Assembly (NCBI GenBank): GCA_044225175.1
Contig: JBGAJA010000003.1
Location: 133,428-197,427 of the forward strand
Length of the DNA stretch: 64,000 bases
Reading direction: 5' to 3'
Source: Candidatus Omnitrophota bacterium
Lineage (GTDB): Bacteria; Omnitrophota; Gorgyraeia; Zapsychrales; Fredricksoniimonadaceae
Positions 47,656-57,562 of the stretch are shown piece after piece. The position numbers were made by a program, and so were the translations under genes. Each line of letters begins with the position of its first letter. The stretch's first letter is position 1. The notes beneath the pieces were generated by a model that saw only the letters and a program-made list of their open reading frames with translations, ran no database searches and was not told where the DNA came from.

Positions 47656-50043
47656 ATGATAGGGCGCATTGAATTCTTTTTAAGAAAATTAAGAAGATTC
47701 TTTAGTCGAAGTTACTGGGTCATTCGTTTATTAGGTCTTTCCTCATTGAGCTCAGCGCCTCAGGAATCAGGCCTTGTGATGGTCCAGATTGATGGACTAT
47801 CAAAAAATCAATTTGATAAAGCCTTACAAAAGAAAAGAACACCATTTTTAAGTTCTTTGTTAGCCAAAGAACATTATGTAGAGCATGTCTTCTATTCAGG
47901 TTTGCCTTCCAATACACCCGCTGTTCAAGCAGAAATTTTCTATGGCATTAAAGGATGCGTTCCCTCATTTAGTTTTATGGACCGTCAAACAGGACAAAAC
48001 GTTAAGATGTTTGATGCGTCCTATGTTGAAAAATTTCAAAAGAAACTAGAACAACAGGCAACTGGGATACTGACAGGTGGAAGTGCTTACAGCAACATTT
48101 TTACAGGTGGAGCAAAAGAAGGCCATTTTTGTTTTGCTCAATTAGGATGGGGAGGGGTTATGCATGCCACTCGTCCATGGGTTCTTCCTTTTTTAATTCT
48201 TCTGTATATCGACATTTTTATCAAGACTTTCTTATTATTAATCATTGAATTCTTCGTCGCTATTTTTGAATGTATTAAGGGCACTATTTCAGGAAGAATA
48301 TTCTCAGAAGAACTGCGTTTTGTTTGGCTGCGAGTACTGGTTTGTGTTTTTTTAAGAGAAGTCATGGTTGCAGGAGTATGCATTGATATTATGAGAGGTC
48401 ATCCTGTTATTCATTTAAATTTTTTAGGTTATGATGAACAAGCCCATTGCCGAGGACCCTTTTCTCGCTATGCCCACTGGGCATTGAAAGGTATTGATAA
48501 TTGTATTAGACGTATTGACCGTACAACCAAGCAAACAGAGTTTAGACAGTATGATTTATGGGTTTACTCAGATCATGGACAGGAAAGAACCACTCCTTAT
48601 TTCATTGAATATGGAATTACTATTGAAGATGCTGTACAGAAATTGTTTGGTTCCACATCAATTCCCGCATCTTTTAAGAGCTCTCATTCCACAGATTTTC
48701 ATAGTCATTCAAGGCTTTTGAAAAAAAGAAAGATTACTGCGGTTCAGGTAGAAACACCTTCTAATCAGGCTATTGATTTTCTATCTCAGGAAGCAATTGT
48801 GACCGCTATGGGCCCTTTAGGGCAGATTTATGTAAAAAAGAAAATGGAATTAAAGGAATTTGAGTTCTTTGCTCGCAAGCTAGTTGATGATCTAAAGATC
48901 CCTTTAGTCATGATGAAAGGTCAAGACAATCAAGTGATTGCCCATACACCCCATGGACGTTTTGTTCTACCTAATCAAATCAAAGAAGTATTTGGGGAAG
49001 ATCATCCATTTTTAGAAGAGTTTAAAGAAGATGTGATTCGGATATGTCATCACCCCAATGCTGGTGAATTTGTTATTGCTGGGTGGAGTAAGGGTCAACC
49101 CTTAATAAGTTTTCCATTGGAATATGGAGCCCATGCAGCTATGGGAGCGGATGAAACTAGAGGTTTTGCTCTTCTTCCTCTTGATGTTCCTCTTGAGAAT
49201 AGAAATAAGAAATATGTGCGTCCAGTTGATCTTCACGAGGCAGTTAAGAAGCATTTAAACAAGAAGGATAATCCATTTATCTTTGTAAAAAATAGTATTG
49301 CTCAAGGAGAAGCTTTACGAATCATGAGCTATAACGTTCACGGCTGTCAGGGAATGGATGGATTTATCTCCACCGAACGCATTGCTCGAGTGATTGCCCG
49401 GCATAGTCCCGATATTATTGCATTGCAAGAATTAGATGTGGGCCGTCTGCGTTCTAGAAAAATGGATCAAGCTCGCAGAATCGCAGATTATTTGGAAATG
49501 AAATATCATTTTCATTCAGTTTTTTTTCAAGAAGAAGAGCAGTATGGAAATGCGCTTTTAAGTCGATACCCGCTTACATTAATCAAAAAACAAGCTTTAC
49601 CTATTCTTCCTCATGGTAAGAGAAATGAGCCTAGAGGTGCCTTGTGGGCACTTATGGAGTTTCAAGGCAGGCAAATATATATTGTGAATACCCATTTAAG
49701 TATATGGCCCCGAGAAAGAGTTTTGCAAACCAAGGCTTTATTGGCAGAAAAGAAGCTAGTAGATCCAAGTGAAAATAGTCCCATTATTTTGTGTGGAGAT
49801 TTTAATGCCACGCCTGGTTCTGCGGTATATAAAAGAATCTGTGAAAAATTTAAAGACAGTCAAACTTTATTACAAGGGCAGCAACGGCAGTATACATGGT
49901 TTGGTAGCTATCCTTTAGCTCAGATAGATCATGTTTTTGTGACATCTCATTTTCAGATTCAGAGTGCTTCTGTATCTAGAACGAGTCTTGACAAGGTTGC
50001 CTCCGATCACCTTCCTCTTCTTATTAACCTTAAGATTATTTAA
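47656..50043 (+). CDS. alkaline-phosphatase-like domain fused to an endonuclease/exonuclease/phosphatase domain
   Basis: QIDGL, GYDEQAH, SDHG; SYNVHG, LQE, NTHL, GDFNA, IDHVF, SDHLP. Confidence 0.8.
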   Translation: MIGRIEFFLRKLRRFFSRSYWVIRLLGLSSLSSAPQESGLVMVQIDGLSKNQFDKALQKKRTPFLSSLLAKEHYVEHVFYSGLPSNTPAVQAEIFYGIKGCVPSFSFMDRQTGQNVKMFDASYVEKFQKKLEQQATGILTGGSAYSNIFTGGAKEGHFCFAQLGWGGVMHATRPWVLPFLILLYIDIFIKTFLLLIIEFFVAIFECIKGTISGRIFSEELRFVWLRVLVCVFLREVMVAGVCIDIMRGHPVIHLNFLGYDEQAHCRGPFSRYAHWALKGIDNCIRRIDRTTKQTEFRQYDLWVYSDHGQERTTPYFIEYGITIEDAVQKLFGSTSIPASFKSSHSTDFHSHSRLLKKRKITAVQVETPSNQAIDFLSQEAIVTAMGPLGQIYVKKKMELKEFEFFARKLVDDLKIPLVMMKGQDNQVIAHTPHGRFVLPNQIKEVFGEDHPFLEEFKEDVIRICHHPNAGEFVIAGWSKGQPLISFPLEYGAHAAMGADETRGFALLPLDVPLENRNKKYVRPVDLHEAVKKHLNKKDNPFIFVKNSIAQGEALRIMSYNVHGCQGMDGFISTERIARVIARHSPDIIALQELDVGRLRSRKMDQARRIADYLEMKYHFHSVFFQEEEQYGNALLSRYPLTLIKKQALPILPHGKRNEPRGALWALMEFQGRQIYIVNTHLSIWPRERVLQTKALLAEKKLVDPSENSPIILCGDFNATPGSAVYKRICEKFKDSQTLLQGQQRQYTWFGSYPLAQIDHVFVTSHFQIQSASVSRTSLDKVASDHLPLLINLKII

Positions 50044-50083
50044 TTCTGTCTTCATCTTCACTTAATGCGTCCCATGTTATTTT
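50040..50083 (+). promoter_or_regulatory. phased direct-repeat promoter, regulon copy 6
   Basis: TTAATTC/TTCATCT/TTAATGC at 50040/50051/50062; TG-n-TATTTT at 50078. Confidence 0.55.
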
Positions 50084-50124
50084 TGTAGTGGAGGATAAAA
50101 GAGTGAATATGAAGGGGGTTATAA

Positions 50125-50226
50125 ATGGATAGCAAAGAAGTTTTATACGAATGTCAAAGTTGTGGAGCAACATCCACTGGACCAGTGACATGTTGTGGAA
50201 GACCTATGAAAAAGAAAGCAAGTTAA
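50125..50226 (+). CDS. 33-aa desulforedoxin-like Cys4 mini-protein (not in ORF track)
   Basis: RBS AAGGGGG; YECQSCGATSTGPVTCCGRPM. Confidence 0.6.
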   Translation: MDSKEVLYECQSCGATSTGPVTCCGRPMKKKAS

Positions 50227-50241
50227 ATAAAGGAGTTTGAA

Positions 50242-50742
50242 ATGACCAAAATGAAATCATTAAATGATGTATTTGTCGAAGAATTAAGCGATTTATACAG
50301 TGCTGAACAGCAATTAGTGAAAGCTCTTCCTAAGATGGTAGAAGCTGTCACATCACCGAAGTTAAAAACAACGATCGAGGGGCATTTAGAAGAGACAAGA
50401 AATCAAGTCGCCCGTTTAGAAGACATTTTTGCCACATTAGGATTGAAACCACATGGCATCACATGCAAAGCCATGAAAGGCTTGATTGAGGAAAGTGAAG
50501 AAGTGATCAAAAAGTCCGATAAAGGAGCTGCTCGTGATGCTGCTATTATTGGTGCAGCCCAGCGGGTAGAACATTATGAAATTGCTGGTTATGGGACAGC
50601 TCAGTCGCATGCTTCTTTATTAGGCCAGGGACAAATCAAAGAATTATTGAGTGAAACGTTAGAGGAAGAAAAGGGGGCCAACAGCCATCTTAACGATTTA
50701 GCAGAAGGTTCTATTAATTCATTGGCTATGAATGCAGCCTAA
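50242..50742 (+). CDS. ferritin-like DUF892 (YciE/YciF), second paralogue
   Basis: ELSDLYSAEQQ, CKAMKGLIEE, AAQRVEHYEIAGYG. Confidence 0.9.
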   Translation: MTKMKSLNDVFVEELSDLYSAEQQLVKALPKMVEAVTSPKLKTTIEGHLEETRNQVARLEDIFATLGLKPHGITCKAMKGLIEESEEVIKKSDKGAARDAAIIGAAQRVEHYEIAGYGTAQSHASLLGQGQIKELLSETLEEEKGANSHLNDLAEGSINSLAMNAA

Positions 50743-50760
50743 CAACGGGGAGAAAGATCT

Positions 50761-51513
50761 ATGAATGTTAGAAAAGCGTTTCCTATTTTGGTAATGATTG
50801 GTTTGATGACGGTGGCAGTTTATGCCATGCCTACTATGGATGATCAAATTGAGTCTTCCTTTAAGAATTCCTATGTATATAGAAATTACCTTAAAGATGA
50901 TTCCATCACAATTAAATCAACTGCCGGGGTCGTTCAATTAAGTGGTCAGGTGGCAGATGAACATCATAATTCTCTGGCAGAAGAAACGGCAGAGGAAATA
51001 ACAGGAGTACAGCGTGTGAATAATCAATTGGTTGTGATCAATAAACATCCTAGTGAAAGTCAGGATGTCTGGATTGCAATGAAAATAAAATCATCACTCT
51101 TGTTTCATCGAAGTGTAAGCGCACTGAGGACTCATGTAGATGTTAACCAGGGAGTTGTTACTTTAACTGGGACAGCAAATAGTCAAGCAGAAAAAGAGCT
51201 TGCTTCTGCTTATACTAAAGATATTGATGGAGTCAAGAGTGTAATCAATGAAATGATGGTTGATGAGAAGTCTCAAAAAGATCAACGTGATTTAGATGAA
51301 AAGGTTGATGACGCATCCATAGTTGCACAAGTCAAAATGACATTGTTGTTTCATAGCTCCACAAGTGCCACTGGTACCAAAGTACAGAGTAAAGATGGGG
51401 TAGTGACCTTGAAAGGTAAAGCCAAGAATCAAGCTGAGAAAGATTTGGTCAGTAAATTGGTTGGTGACATACGAGGTGTTAGATCTGTTAATAATGAAAT
51501 GGATGTTGTTTAA
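50761..51513 (+). CDS. triple-BON domain (OsmY-like) protein
   Basis: Signal peptide; three BON repeats (GVVxLxG ... GVxxVxNxx). Confidence 0.88.
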   Translation: MNVRKAFPILVMIGLMTVAVYAMPTMDDQIESSFKNSYVYRNYLKDDSITIKSTAGVVQLSGQVADEHHNSLAEETAEEITGVQRVNNQLVVINKHPSESQDVWIAMKIKSSLLFHRSVSALRTHVDVNQGVVTLTGTANSQAEKELASAYTKDIDGVKSVINEMMVDEKSQKDQRDLDEKVDDASIVAQVKMTLLFHSSTSATGTKVQSKDGVVTLKGKAKNQAEKDLVSKLVGDIRGVRSVNNEMDVV

Positions 51514-51529
51514 AAAATGAGAGGGACAT

Positions 51530-51667
51530 ATGAAAAAATTAATTATGGGAATTATCGCAGGAACTTGTGCAATCTCTTTGATTGGTTGTAATACTATGAA
51601 GGGTGCAGGTCAAGATGTTGAGAACACAGGAAAAAACATCAAACAAACAGTTGAAAAGAACGATTAA
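51530..51667 (+). CDS. entericidin A/B family lipoprotein (not in ORF track)
   Basis: [18 protein letters not shown]. Confidence 0.85.
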   Translation: MKKLIMGIIAGTCAISLIGCNTMKGAGQDVENTGKNIKQTVEKND

Positions 51668-51686
51668 ATTAAATAAGGAGGAGCAT

Positions 51687-51857
51687 ATGCTAAGTTGGTC
51701 AATCAGTTTTATTATCGTAGCAATCGTAGCAGCATTTTTTGGATTTGGGGGGATTGCTGGTACGGCAACCGATATTGCCAAAGCCCTCTTTGTAGCATTT
51801 ATAGTATTATTTTTTGTTTCCTTACTTTTAGGCCGCCGCGTGCCGCCAGCAGTATAG
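51687..51857 (+). CDS. DUF1328 small membrane protein
   Basis: [25 protein letters not shown]; RBS AAGGAGG. Confidence 0.88.
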   Translation: MLSWSISFIIVAIVAAFFGFGGIAGTATDIAKALFVAFIVLFFVSLLLGRRVPPAV

Positions 51858-51870
51858 AAAGGACAATTCT

Positions 51871-52035
51871 ATGTTGAGATGGGCTTTATTCTTTTTTATC
51901 GTAGCTCTTATTGCTGGTCTACTCGGGTTCACGGGGATTGCAGGAGCTTCCTTAGGTATAGCCAAAGTTTTATTTTTTATATTTTTGGTTCTATGCGTGG
52001 CAGCTCTTGTGCTCGGTATGTTTGTAACTCTCTGA
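51871..52035 (+). CDS. DUF1328 small membrane protein, second copy (not in ORF track)
   Basis: [38 protein letters not shown]. Confidence 0.85.
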   Translation: MLRWALFFFIVALIAGLLGFTGIAGASLGIAKVLFFIFLVLCVAALVLGMFVTL

Positions 52036-52057
52036 TGAGGCTTTTAAAGGGGGACAT

Positions 52058-52381
52058 ATGAATGAACCTATTGAAAAAACAACAGAGACGAGCCGATTCG
52101 TCAGTGAAGGAAACCCGAATACTGACAAAATTGTTGAGACAGTGCGTTCTTTGACTCCGGAAGATCAGAAAATGATCGGTGACGTGCAGGAAGCCATCCG
52201 AAAAGAACACTCTATTGCGGATGGCTCACGTCACATTCAAGTCACGGCCCACGCAAGCATTGTCACTCTAAATGGAAATGTATTATCCGAAAAGGATAAG
52301 ATGACCATAGGTGACAAAGCCGCGGCCGTGGCTGGTTTTGGTCATGTTAAAAACGAACTGAAAGTGGTGGAGAGCCCATGA
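52058..52381 (+). CDS. single BON domain protein
   Basis: IQVTA..IVTLNGNV...VKNELKV. Confidence 0.75.
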   Translation: MNEPIEKTTETSRFVSEGNPNTDKIVETVRSLTPEDQKMIGDVQEAIRKEHSIADGSRHIQVTAHASIVTLNGNVLSEKDKMTIGDKAAAVAGFGHVKNELKVVESP

Positions 52382-54642
52382 TAGATAAATTCTGGGGATT
52401 TATTTTGACGCGCCTGGCTAAAGCGCAAGGATTTTTGGATCCCCGTGTGGTCTTCTCCCAATTACAAAAATTTTCTCGCCCTTCTGAAGTATGGGTTCCG
52501 GCGGAACTTTTGCGTTCAGGTATGGTGTTACAGGCGCGAGGTTTGATTAATAGCCAAGCTATCCAACATAATCTCGACTGGATATGGCCATTTTGGGTAA
52601 ACCGTCAATTCGATCCTAAAGATGTCGCCTTCATCCCTCGAGCATTTAATATTACTCATATCAATTTAAGTCATCGTAATTGGACTGCAGTTGGTGTTCC
52701 CGATTGCTCAGATTATGTACTTGTCGATCCTCGAGGATTAGTGACGCCTTTGTTTGATGGATGGTCTTTAGATGCATGGATTATAAGAAATAATGAGGGG
52801 ACAAATTTAATTCCTGCTCGATTAGATCATGTTTATCACCAAATTCGCTTAGATAGGAATTTACAAATTATAACTTTCTCGACTTTAGATGGGATGTCAT
52901 TACGAGCCTGTGTTGAGGTCAATATTGATTCTTCTATTCCTACATGTAAGATCATCTATGAGGCCCAAGCTCCTTTTAGCGCATCATTATTTATTTGTAT
53001 AAGACCTTATAACCCTGAAGGAGTCAGTTTTATTAACAGCATCGAACGATTGCTCAAGGAAGAAGGATGGCATATTAATAATCAAATAGATGTGACTTTG
53101 AAGAGTGAACCATGGGGTTACATTTTTTCTAATTACCAATTAGGAGATATTCTTACTCAATTTTCTTCGTCATCTTTAAATGAAATTCCCCATGAACAAA
53201 TGAAAGTCAATTGCTCTGTTGGTATGGCTACCTCAGCTGCAATTTATAAGTTATTACCTCATCGTTCCCAAGAAGTGACTGTTGAAATTCCTTTGGCAAA
53301 AGAACCAATCAAGCTTACATCAACCTGGTCAGATCATCTGCAAGGTAGTTGTGTATTAAGAATTCCTGATAAGTTTCTTCAATCACTTTACGAGACGGCA
53401 TTAATTACTCTTATTTTGCATACTCCAGGTGATGTTTACCCAGGGCCTTATACATATAAACGATTTTGGTTTAGGGATGCATCTTTTATCTTGTATGCAA
53501 TGCTGGCATCTAATTTAACTAGGAATGTGGAGAAAATACTTCTGTCTTACCCTAAACGACAGACACCGCTTGGCTATTTTAAATCTCAAGATGGAGAATG
53601 GGATTCCAATGGTCAGGCGCTTTGGATTATGGAACGTTATTGCTCCATGACAGGAAAATCCGTGCCTGACGAATTATTAAAGAGTATTGAGATGGGAGTT
53701 GAGTGGATTAAAAGTAAACGTGTTAAAACAGGAAAATCTTCGGGGCATGAAGGTCTTCTTCCTGCTGGATTTAGCGCAGAACATTTTGGGCCTAGTGATT
53801 TTTATTATTGGGACGATTTTTGGTCAGTCTCCGGATTGCATGCAGCAGCCTTATTATTAAAGGAAAAGAATTGGGAATTGGCCAATAGCATTGAAAATGA
53901 AGCATTTGATTTAAGAAATGCGATTGAAACGAGTCTCAAAGGAGTAGAAGCCCATCTTGAAGAAGATGGTATTCCTGCCTCACCTTATCGAAGAATGGAT
54001 CCTGGTGCCATTGGTTCTCTAATAGCCAGTTACCCTTTACAGTTTTATGCTCCTGATAATAAGCATATTAAGGCTACAGTAGAGTATTTGATCAAAAATC
54101 ATCTATATAATGGTGCTTATTACCACGAAATGAGCCATTCCGGCATTAATGTGTATTTGACTTTACATATTGCTCAAGTCTTGCTTCGTGCTGGAGATCC
54201 CCGTTTCTTTGACATGGTTCAGAAAGTGGCAGAACTAGCCACTCCTACAGGCCAATGGCCTGAAGCTATTCATCCTCAAAGCAAAGGCGGTTGTATGGGG
54301 GATGGACAGCATGTTTGGGCTGCAGCTGAATGGGTCATGATGCTGCGTAATATGTTTGTTCGTGAGGAAGAAAAAGAAAAGACACTGATCTTATGTTCAG
54401 GCATTCCCCATACGTGGCTTGAAAAAGATCAGCATTTATTCTTTGGACCAACGCTGACTGTCTTTGGTGATATTTCTGTGACTATTGAATGTAAAGAAAG
54501 TATAAAAATTTCATGGAAAGCTAATTGGCACAACAAAGCTCCTAGAATAGAAGTGCATTTGCCTGGATTTTCAGTAATACCTATTGAAAATGGAATAACG
54601 ACAGTTGAAATTAACACGCAACAACAAGAGAGTCATTCATGA
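52378..54642 (+). CDS. six-hairpin glycosidase-like protein
   Basis: YKRFWFRDAS, GEWDSNGQALW, GLLPAGFSAEH, YYWDDFW, GQWPEA. Confidence 0.65.
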   Translation: MIDKFWGFILTRLAKAQGFLDPRVVFSQLQKFSRPSEVWVPAELLRSGMVLQARGLINSQAIQHNLDWIWPFWVNRQFDPKDVAFIPRAFNITHINLSHRNWTAVGVPDCSDYVLVDPRGLVTPLFDGWSLDAWIIRNNEGTNLIPARLDHVYHQIRLDRNLQIITFSTLDGMSLRACVEVNIDSSIPTCKIIYEAQAPFSASLFICIRPYNPEGVSFINSIERLLKEEGWHINNQIDVTLKSEPWGYIFSNYQLGDILTQFSSSSLNEIPHEQMKVNCSVGMATSAAIYKLLPHRSQEVTVEIPLAKEPIKLTSTWSDHLQGSCVLRIPDKFLQSLYETALITLILHTPGDVYPGPYTYKRFWFRDASFILYAMLASNLTRNVEKILLSYPKRQTPLGYFKSQDGEWDSNGQALWIMERYCSMTGKSVPDELLKSIEMGVEWIKSKRVKTGKSSGHEGLLPAGFSAEHFGPSDFYYWDDFWSVSGLHAAALLLKEKNWELANSIENEAFDLRNAIETSLKGVEAHLEEDGIPASPYRRMDPGAIGSLIASYPLQFYAPDNKHIKATVEYLIKNHLYNGAYYHEMSHSGINVYLTLHIAQVLLRAGDPRFFDMVQKVAELATPTGQWPEAIHPQSKGGCMGDGQHVWAAAEWVMMLRNMFVREEEKEKTLILCSGIPHTWLEKDQHLFFGPTLTVFGDISVTIECKESIKISWKANWHNKAPRIEVHLPGFSVIPIENGITTVEINTQQQESHS

Positions 54643-55934
54643 ATATCTTAATGGTAACCAATACATACAAACCTCTCTTGGGTGGTCTTGAGAAATCCGT
54701 AGAGTCTTTTGCCACAGAATTTCGAAAACGTGGACATCGTGTCATTATTGTTGTTCCTGAGTATGAGGGAATGGTCCCAGAGGAAGATGTTGTAAGAATT
54801 CCAGCTTTTAAAAATTTTAATGGAACTGATTTTTCGATTCAATTGCCTATTCCGGGTGTTTTAAGTGAAATGTTGGAAAATTTTAAACCAGACATTGTGC
54901 ATTCCCAGCATCCATTCTTGGTGGGGGATACGGCTTTAAAAATCGCTTCAAAATTTAATATTCCTCTGGTGTTTACTCATCATTCTCTTTACGAAGAAAA
55001 TGTTCATTACATTCCAGGAAATGAGAAAGCTTTGAAACAATTTGTTATTGAATTGTCAACGGGGTATGCCAATCTTGCAGATCAAGTCTTCGCTCCTAGT
55101 CAGAGTGTGGAGAAGTTGATTAAAGAAAGAGGGGTTGAAAGTCCTATTGCTGTTGTTCCGACGGGGATATACGTAAAACAATTTACTAGGGGTGCTGGGA
55201 AATCTTTTCGCAAGAAACATAACATCCCCGCAGATGCTTTTGTGGTTGGCCATTTGGGAAGGCTTGCTCCAGAGAAGAACTTAGAATTTGTGTCTAAAGC
55301 TGTTTTTCAATTTTTGAAGACGAATCCCAAAGCTCACTTTATGATTGCAGGAAAAGGTCCTTTAGAGGAAACCATTCAAAAACTTGCCATTGATGAGGCA
55401 GTACAAGATCGTTTGCATATGGTTGGAATATTAGCAGGTAAAGATAAGGTGGATGGTTATCATGCCATGGATGTGTTTGCATTTGCTTCTCAAAGTGAGA
55501 CGCAAGGCTTGGTCTTAACGGAAGCCTTAGCTTGCAAAGTTCCTATTGTCGCGATTGATGCTCCAGGAGTCAGAGAAGTCTTGACGGATCAAGTTAATGG
55601 TCGTTTACTCGCTCAAGAGAATATTGAGGAATTTGTCGCTGCACTTAAATGGGTCAGTGAACTTTCAGCGGCAGACTTAGCAAAAGTAAGAAAGGAATGC
55701 CGCCGCATAGCTCTAACTTTTTCTATGGATTTAATGGTAGAAAGAGCTCTGTCTCACTATTCTTCACTTGCTGTTCGTCATGGTTTTATTCGCCGCCCTA
55801 GTGAAGAAAGCAGGTGGGCACAAACACTGCGTATGATGCAAACACAAGGAAATTTAGTTAAGAATTTGACTAAAGCAGCAAGTGTACTCATTTCGAACAC
55901 TTTGCAGAAAGAGAGTCCAAGTGAAAGCGTCTGA
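54639..55934 (+). CDS. GT4 glycosyltransferase
   Basis: NTYKPLLGG, GRLAPEKN, ETQGLVLTEALA. Confidence 0.88.
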   Translation: MNILMVTNTYKPLLGGLEKSVESFATEFRKRGHRVIIVVPEYEGMVPEEDVVRIPAFKNFNGTDFSIQLPIPGVLSEMLENFKPDIVHSQHPFLVGDTALKIASKFNIPLVFTHHSLYEENVHYIPGNEKALKQFVIELSTGYANLADQVFAPSQSVEKLIKERGVESPIAVVPTGIYVKQFTRGAGKSFRKKHNIPADAFVVGHLGRLAPEKNLEFVSKAVFQFLKTNPKAHFMIAGKGPLEETIQKLAIDEAVQDRLHMVGILAGKDKVDGYHAMDVFAFASQSETQGLVLTEALACKVPIVAIDAPGVREVLTDQVNGRLLAQENIEEFVAALKWVSELSAADLAKVRKECRRIALTFSMDLMVERALSHYSSLAVRHGFIRRPSEESRWAQTLRMMQTQGNLVKNLTKAASVLISNTLQKESPSESV

Positions 55935-57561
55935 TCTATTTGTGAAATGTTTAGAAAATGAAGGAGTTAAATATATCTTTGGAATTCCTGGTGAAGAGAC
56001 TGAGGACATTTTATTTTCTTTGGAGAAATCTAAGATCAAATTTATCCCTACTCGTCATGAACAGGGTGCTTCTTTTATGGCTGATGTATGGGGAAGAGTT
56101 TCTGGACAGGCAGGAGTGTGTCTTTCAACCTTGGGTCCTGGTGCGACCAATTTGGTGACGGGAGTGGCTGATGCTAATTCAGACAAAAGCCCTGTCGTAG
56201 CAATTTCGGCACAAGCGGGATTGACGCGTCTTTATAAGGAAAGCCATCAGTATTTAAATTTATTTGAATTATTTCGTCCAATCACAAAATGGAACACCAC
56301 CATCGCAAGTCCTCATGTCATTCCTGAAGTTGTCAGAAAAGCATTTAAAATGGCTGAAAGCGAAAAACCTGGAGCAACGCATATCGAATTTCCTGAAGAT
56401 ATTGCAGGACAAGAGACGGAAGGAAAGCCTATTGCTGCAATTCGGGTGCGAAGGCCTGATCCAGATACCCAGGCAGTTTCAGATGCGATTGATATTCTTA
56501 AGAAGGCCAAATGCCCTCTGATTATTGCTGGAAATGGGGCTGTTCGCAAACCTTGTTCCGAGCAAATGATTGCTTTTGCTAAGAACTATAATATTCCTGT
56601 GGTCCATACATTTATGGGCAAGGGGACATTATTGGATAGTATGCCCCAATCCTTATTTACTTTTGGATTTGGTTTTCGAGATATTGTAATGGATGCGATT
56701 GATCAAGCAGATGTCGTCTTAGCTATCGGCTACGACATTGCCGAATATGCTCCTGATAAATGGAATCCTAATAAAAGCAAAAAGATTATCCATATCGATT
56801 TTCTTCCATCTGAAGTCTATGCGCATTATCAACCTGTTGTGGAAATTGTGGCAGATATTGCTGCCACATTGAAAGATTTGAATCATAAATTTTCTTCAGA
56901 AGGAAAGCATTTCGATGACAATTGGTATATACCCGTACGTCAGAGAATCATTAAGGATATTGCAGGGTATGACCCAAAGAAAGGTTCTTTTACAGTTCCT
57001 GGAGTATTAAATATTCTCAATGAAGTTATGCAAAGAGACGATCTTCTAATTAGTGATGTAGGAACTCATAAAATATGGATCGCTAGAAATTTTTCTGCCA
57101 CTTGTCCTAATGGCTGCATTATTTCCAATGGTTTAGCTAGTATGGGAATTGCTTTGCCAGGTGCAATTGCAGCTTCTCTTCATAATCCTGAGCGTCGAAT
57201 CGTTGCTGTCATGGGAGACGGCGGTTTTCTTATGAATTCTCAGGAATTAGAGACAGCAAAACGCTTGAATGTCGGCTTTATTGCTATTGTATTTAATGAT
57301 AATGATTATGGATTAATTAGCTGGAAACAACAGATGAGTAAAGGACGGACGACAGGAACTAAAATCACCAATCCTGATTTCAAAATGTACGCCCAAAGTT
57401 TTGGTATCAAATCTTATATTCCAAAGAGCGCTAGTGAATTTAAGAAACAAATATTAAATTCTTTGAAAAAAAGAGAACTATGTATTTACGAAATCCCAGT
57501 GAATCCGAGAGTTAATAATGAGTTAATTACCAAGCTTAATGCGATGAAGAGGGGGAGATAA
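55921..57561 (+). CDS. acetolactate synthase large-subunit family (ThDP-dependent)
   Basis: GTG start; FGIPGEE, RHEQGA, TLGPGATN, GDGGF...NDN. Confidence 0.88.
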   Translation: MKASDLFVKCLENEGVKYIFGIPGEETEDILFSLEKSKIKFIPTRHEQGASFMADVWGRVSGQAGVCLSTLGPGATNLVTGVADANSDKSPVVAISAQAGLTRLYKESHQYLNLFELFRPITKWNTTIASPHVIPEVVRKAFKMAESEKPGATHIEFPEDIAGQETEGKPIAAIRVRRPDPDTQAVSDAIDILKKAKCPLIIAGNGAVRKPCSEQMIAFAKNYNIPVVHTFMGKGTLLDSMPQSLFTFGFGFRDIVMDAIDQADVVLAIGYDIAEYAPDKWNPNKSKKIIHIDFLPSEVYAHYQPVVEIVADIAATLKDLNHKFSSEGKHFDDNWYIPVRQRIIKDIAGYDPKKGSFTVPGVLNILNEVMQRDDLLISDVGTHKIWIARNFSATCPNGCIISNGLASMGIALPGAIAASLHNPERRIVAVMGDGGFLMNSQELETAKRLNVGFIAIVFNDNDYGLISWKQQMSKGRTTGTKITNPDFKMYAQSFGIKSYIPKSASEFKKQILNSLKKRELCIYEIPVNPRVNNELITKLNAMKRGR

Positions 57562-57562
57562 T

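Noticed and set aside
51539-52210. ORF-track entries 51539-51781, 51603 start, 51695-51877, 51879-52061, 51977-52210
   Set aside because: Shadows of the entericidin and two DUF1328 genes, which have RBSs and family motifs.
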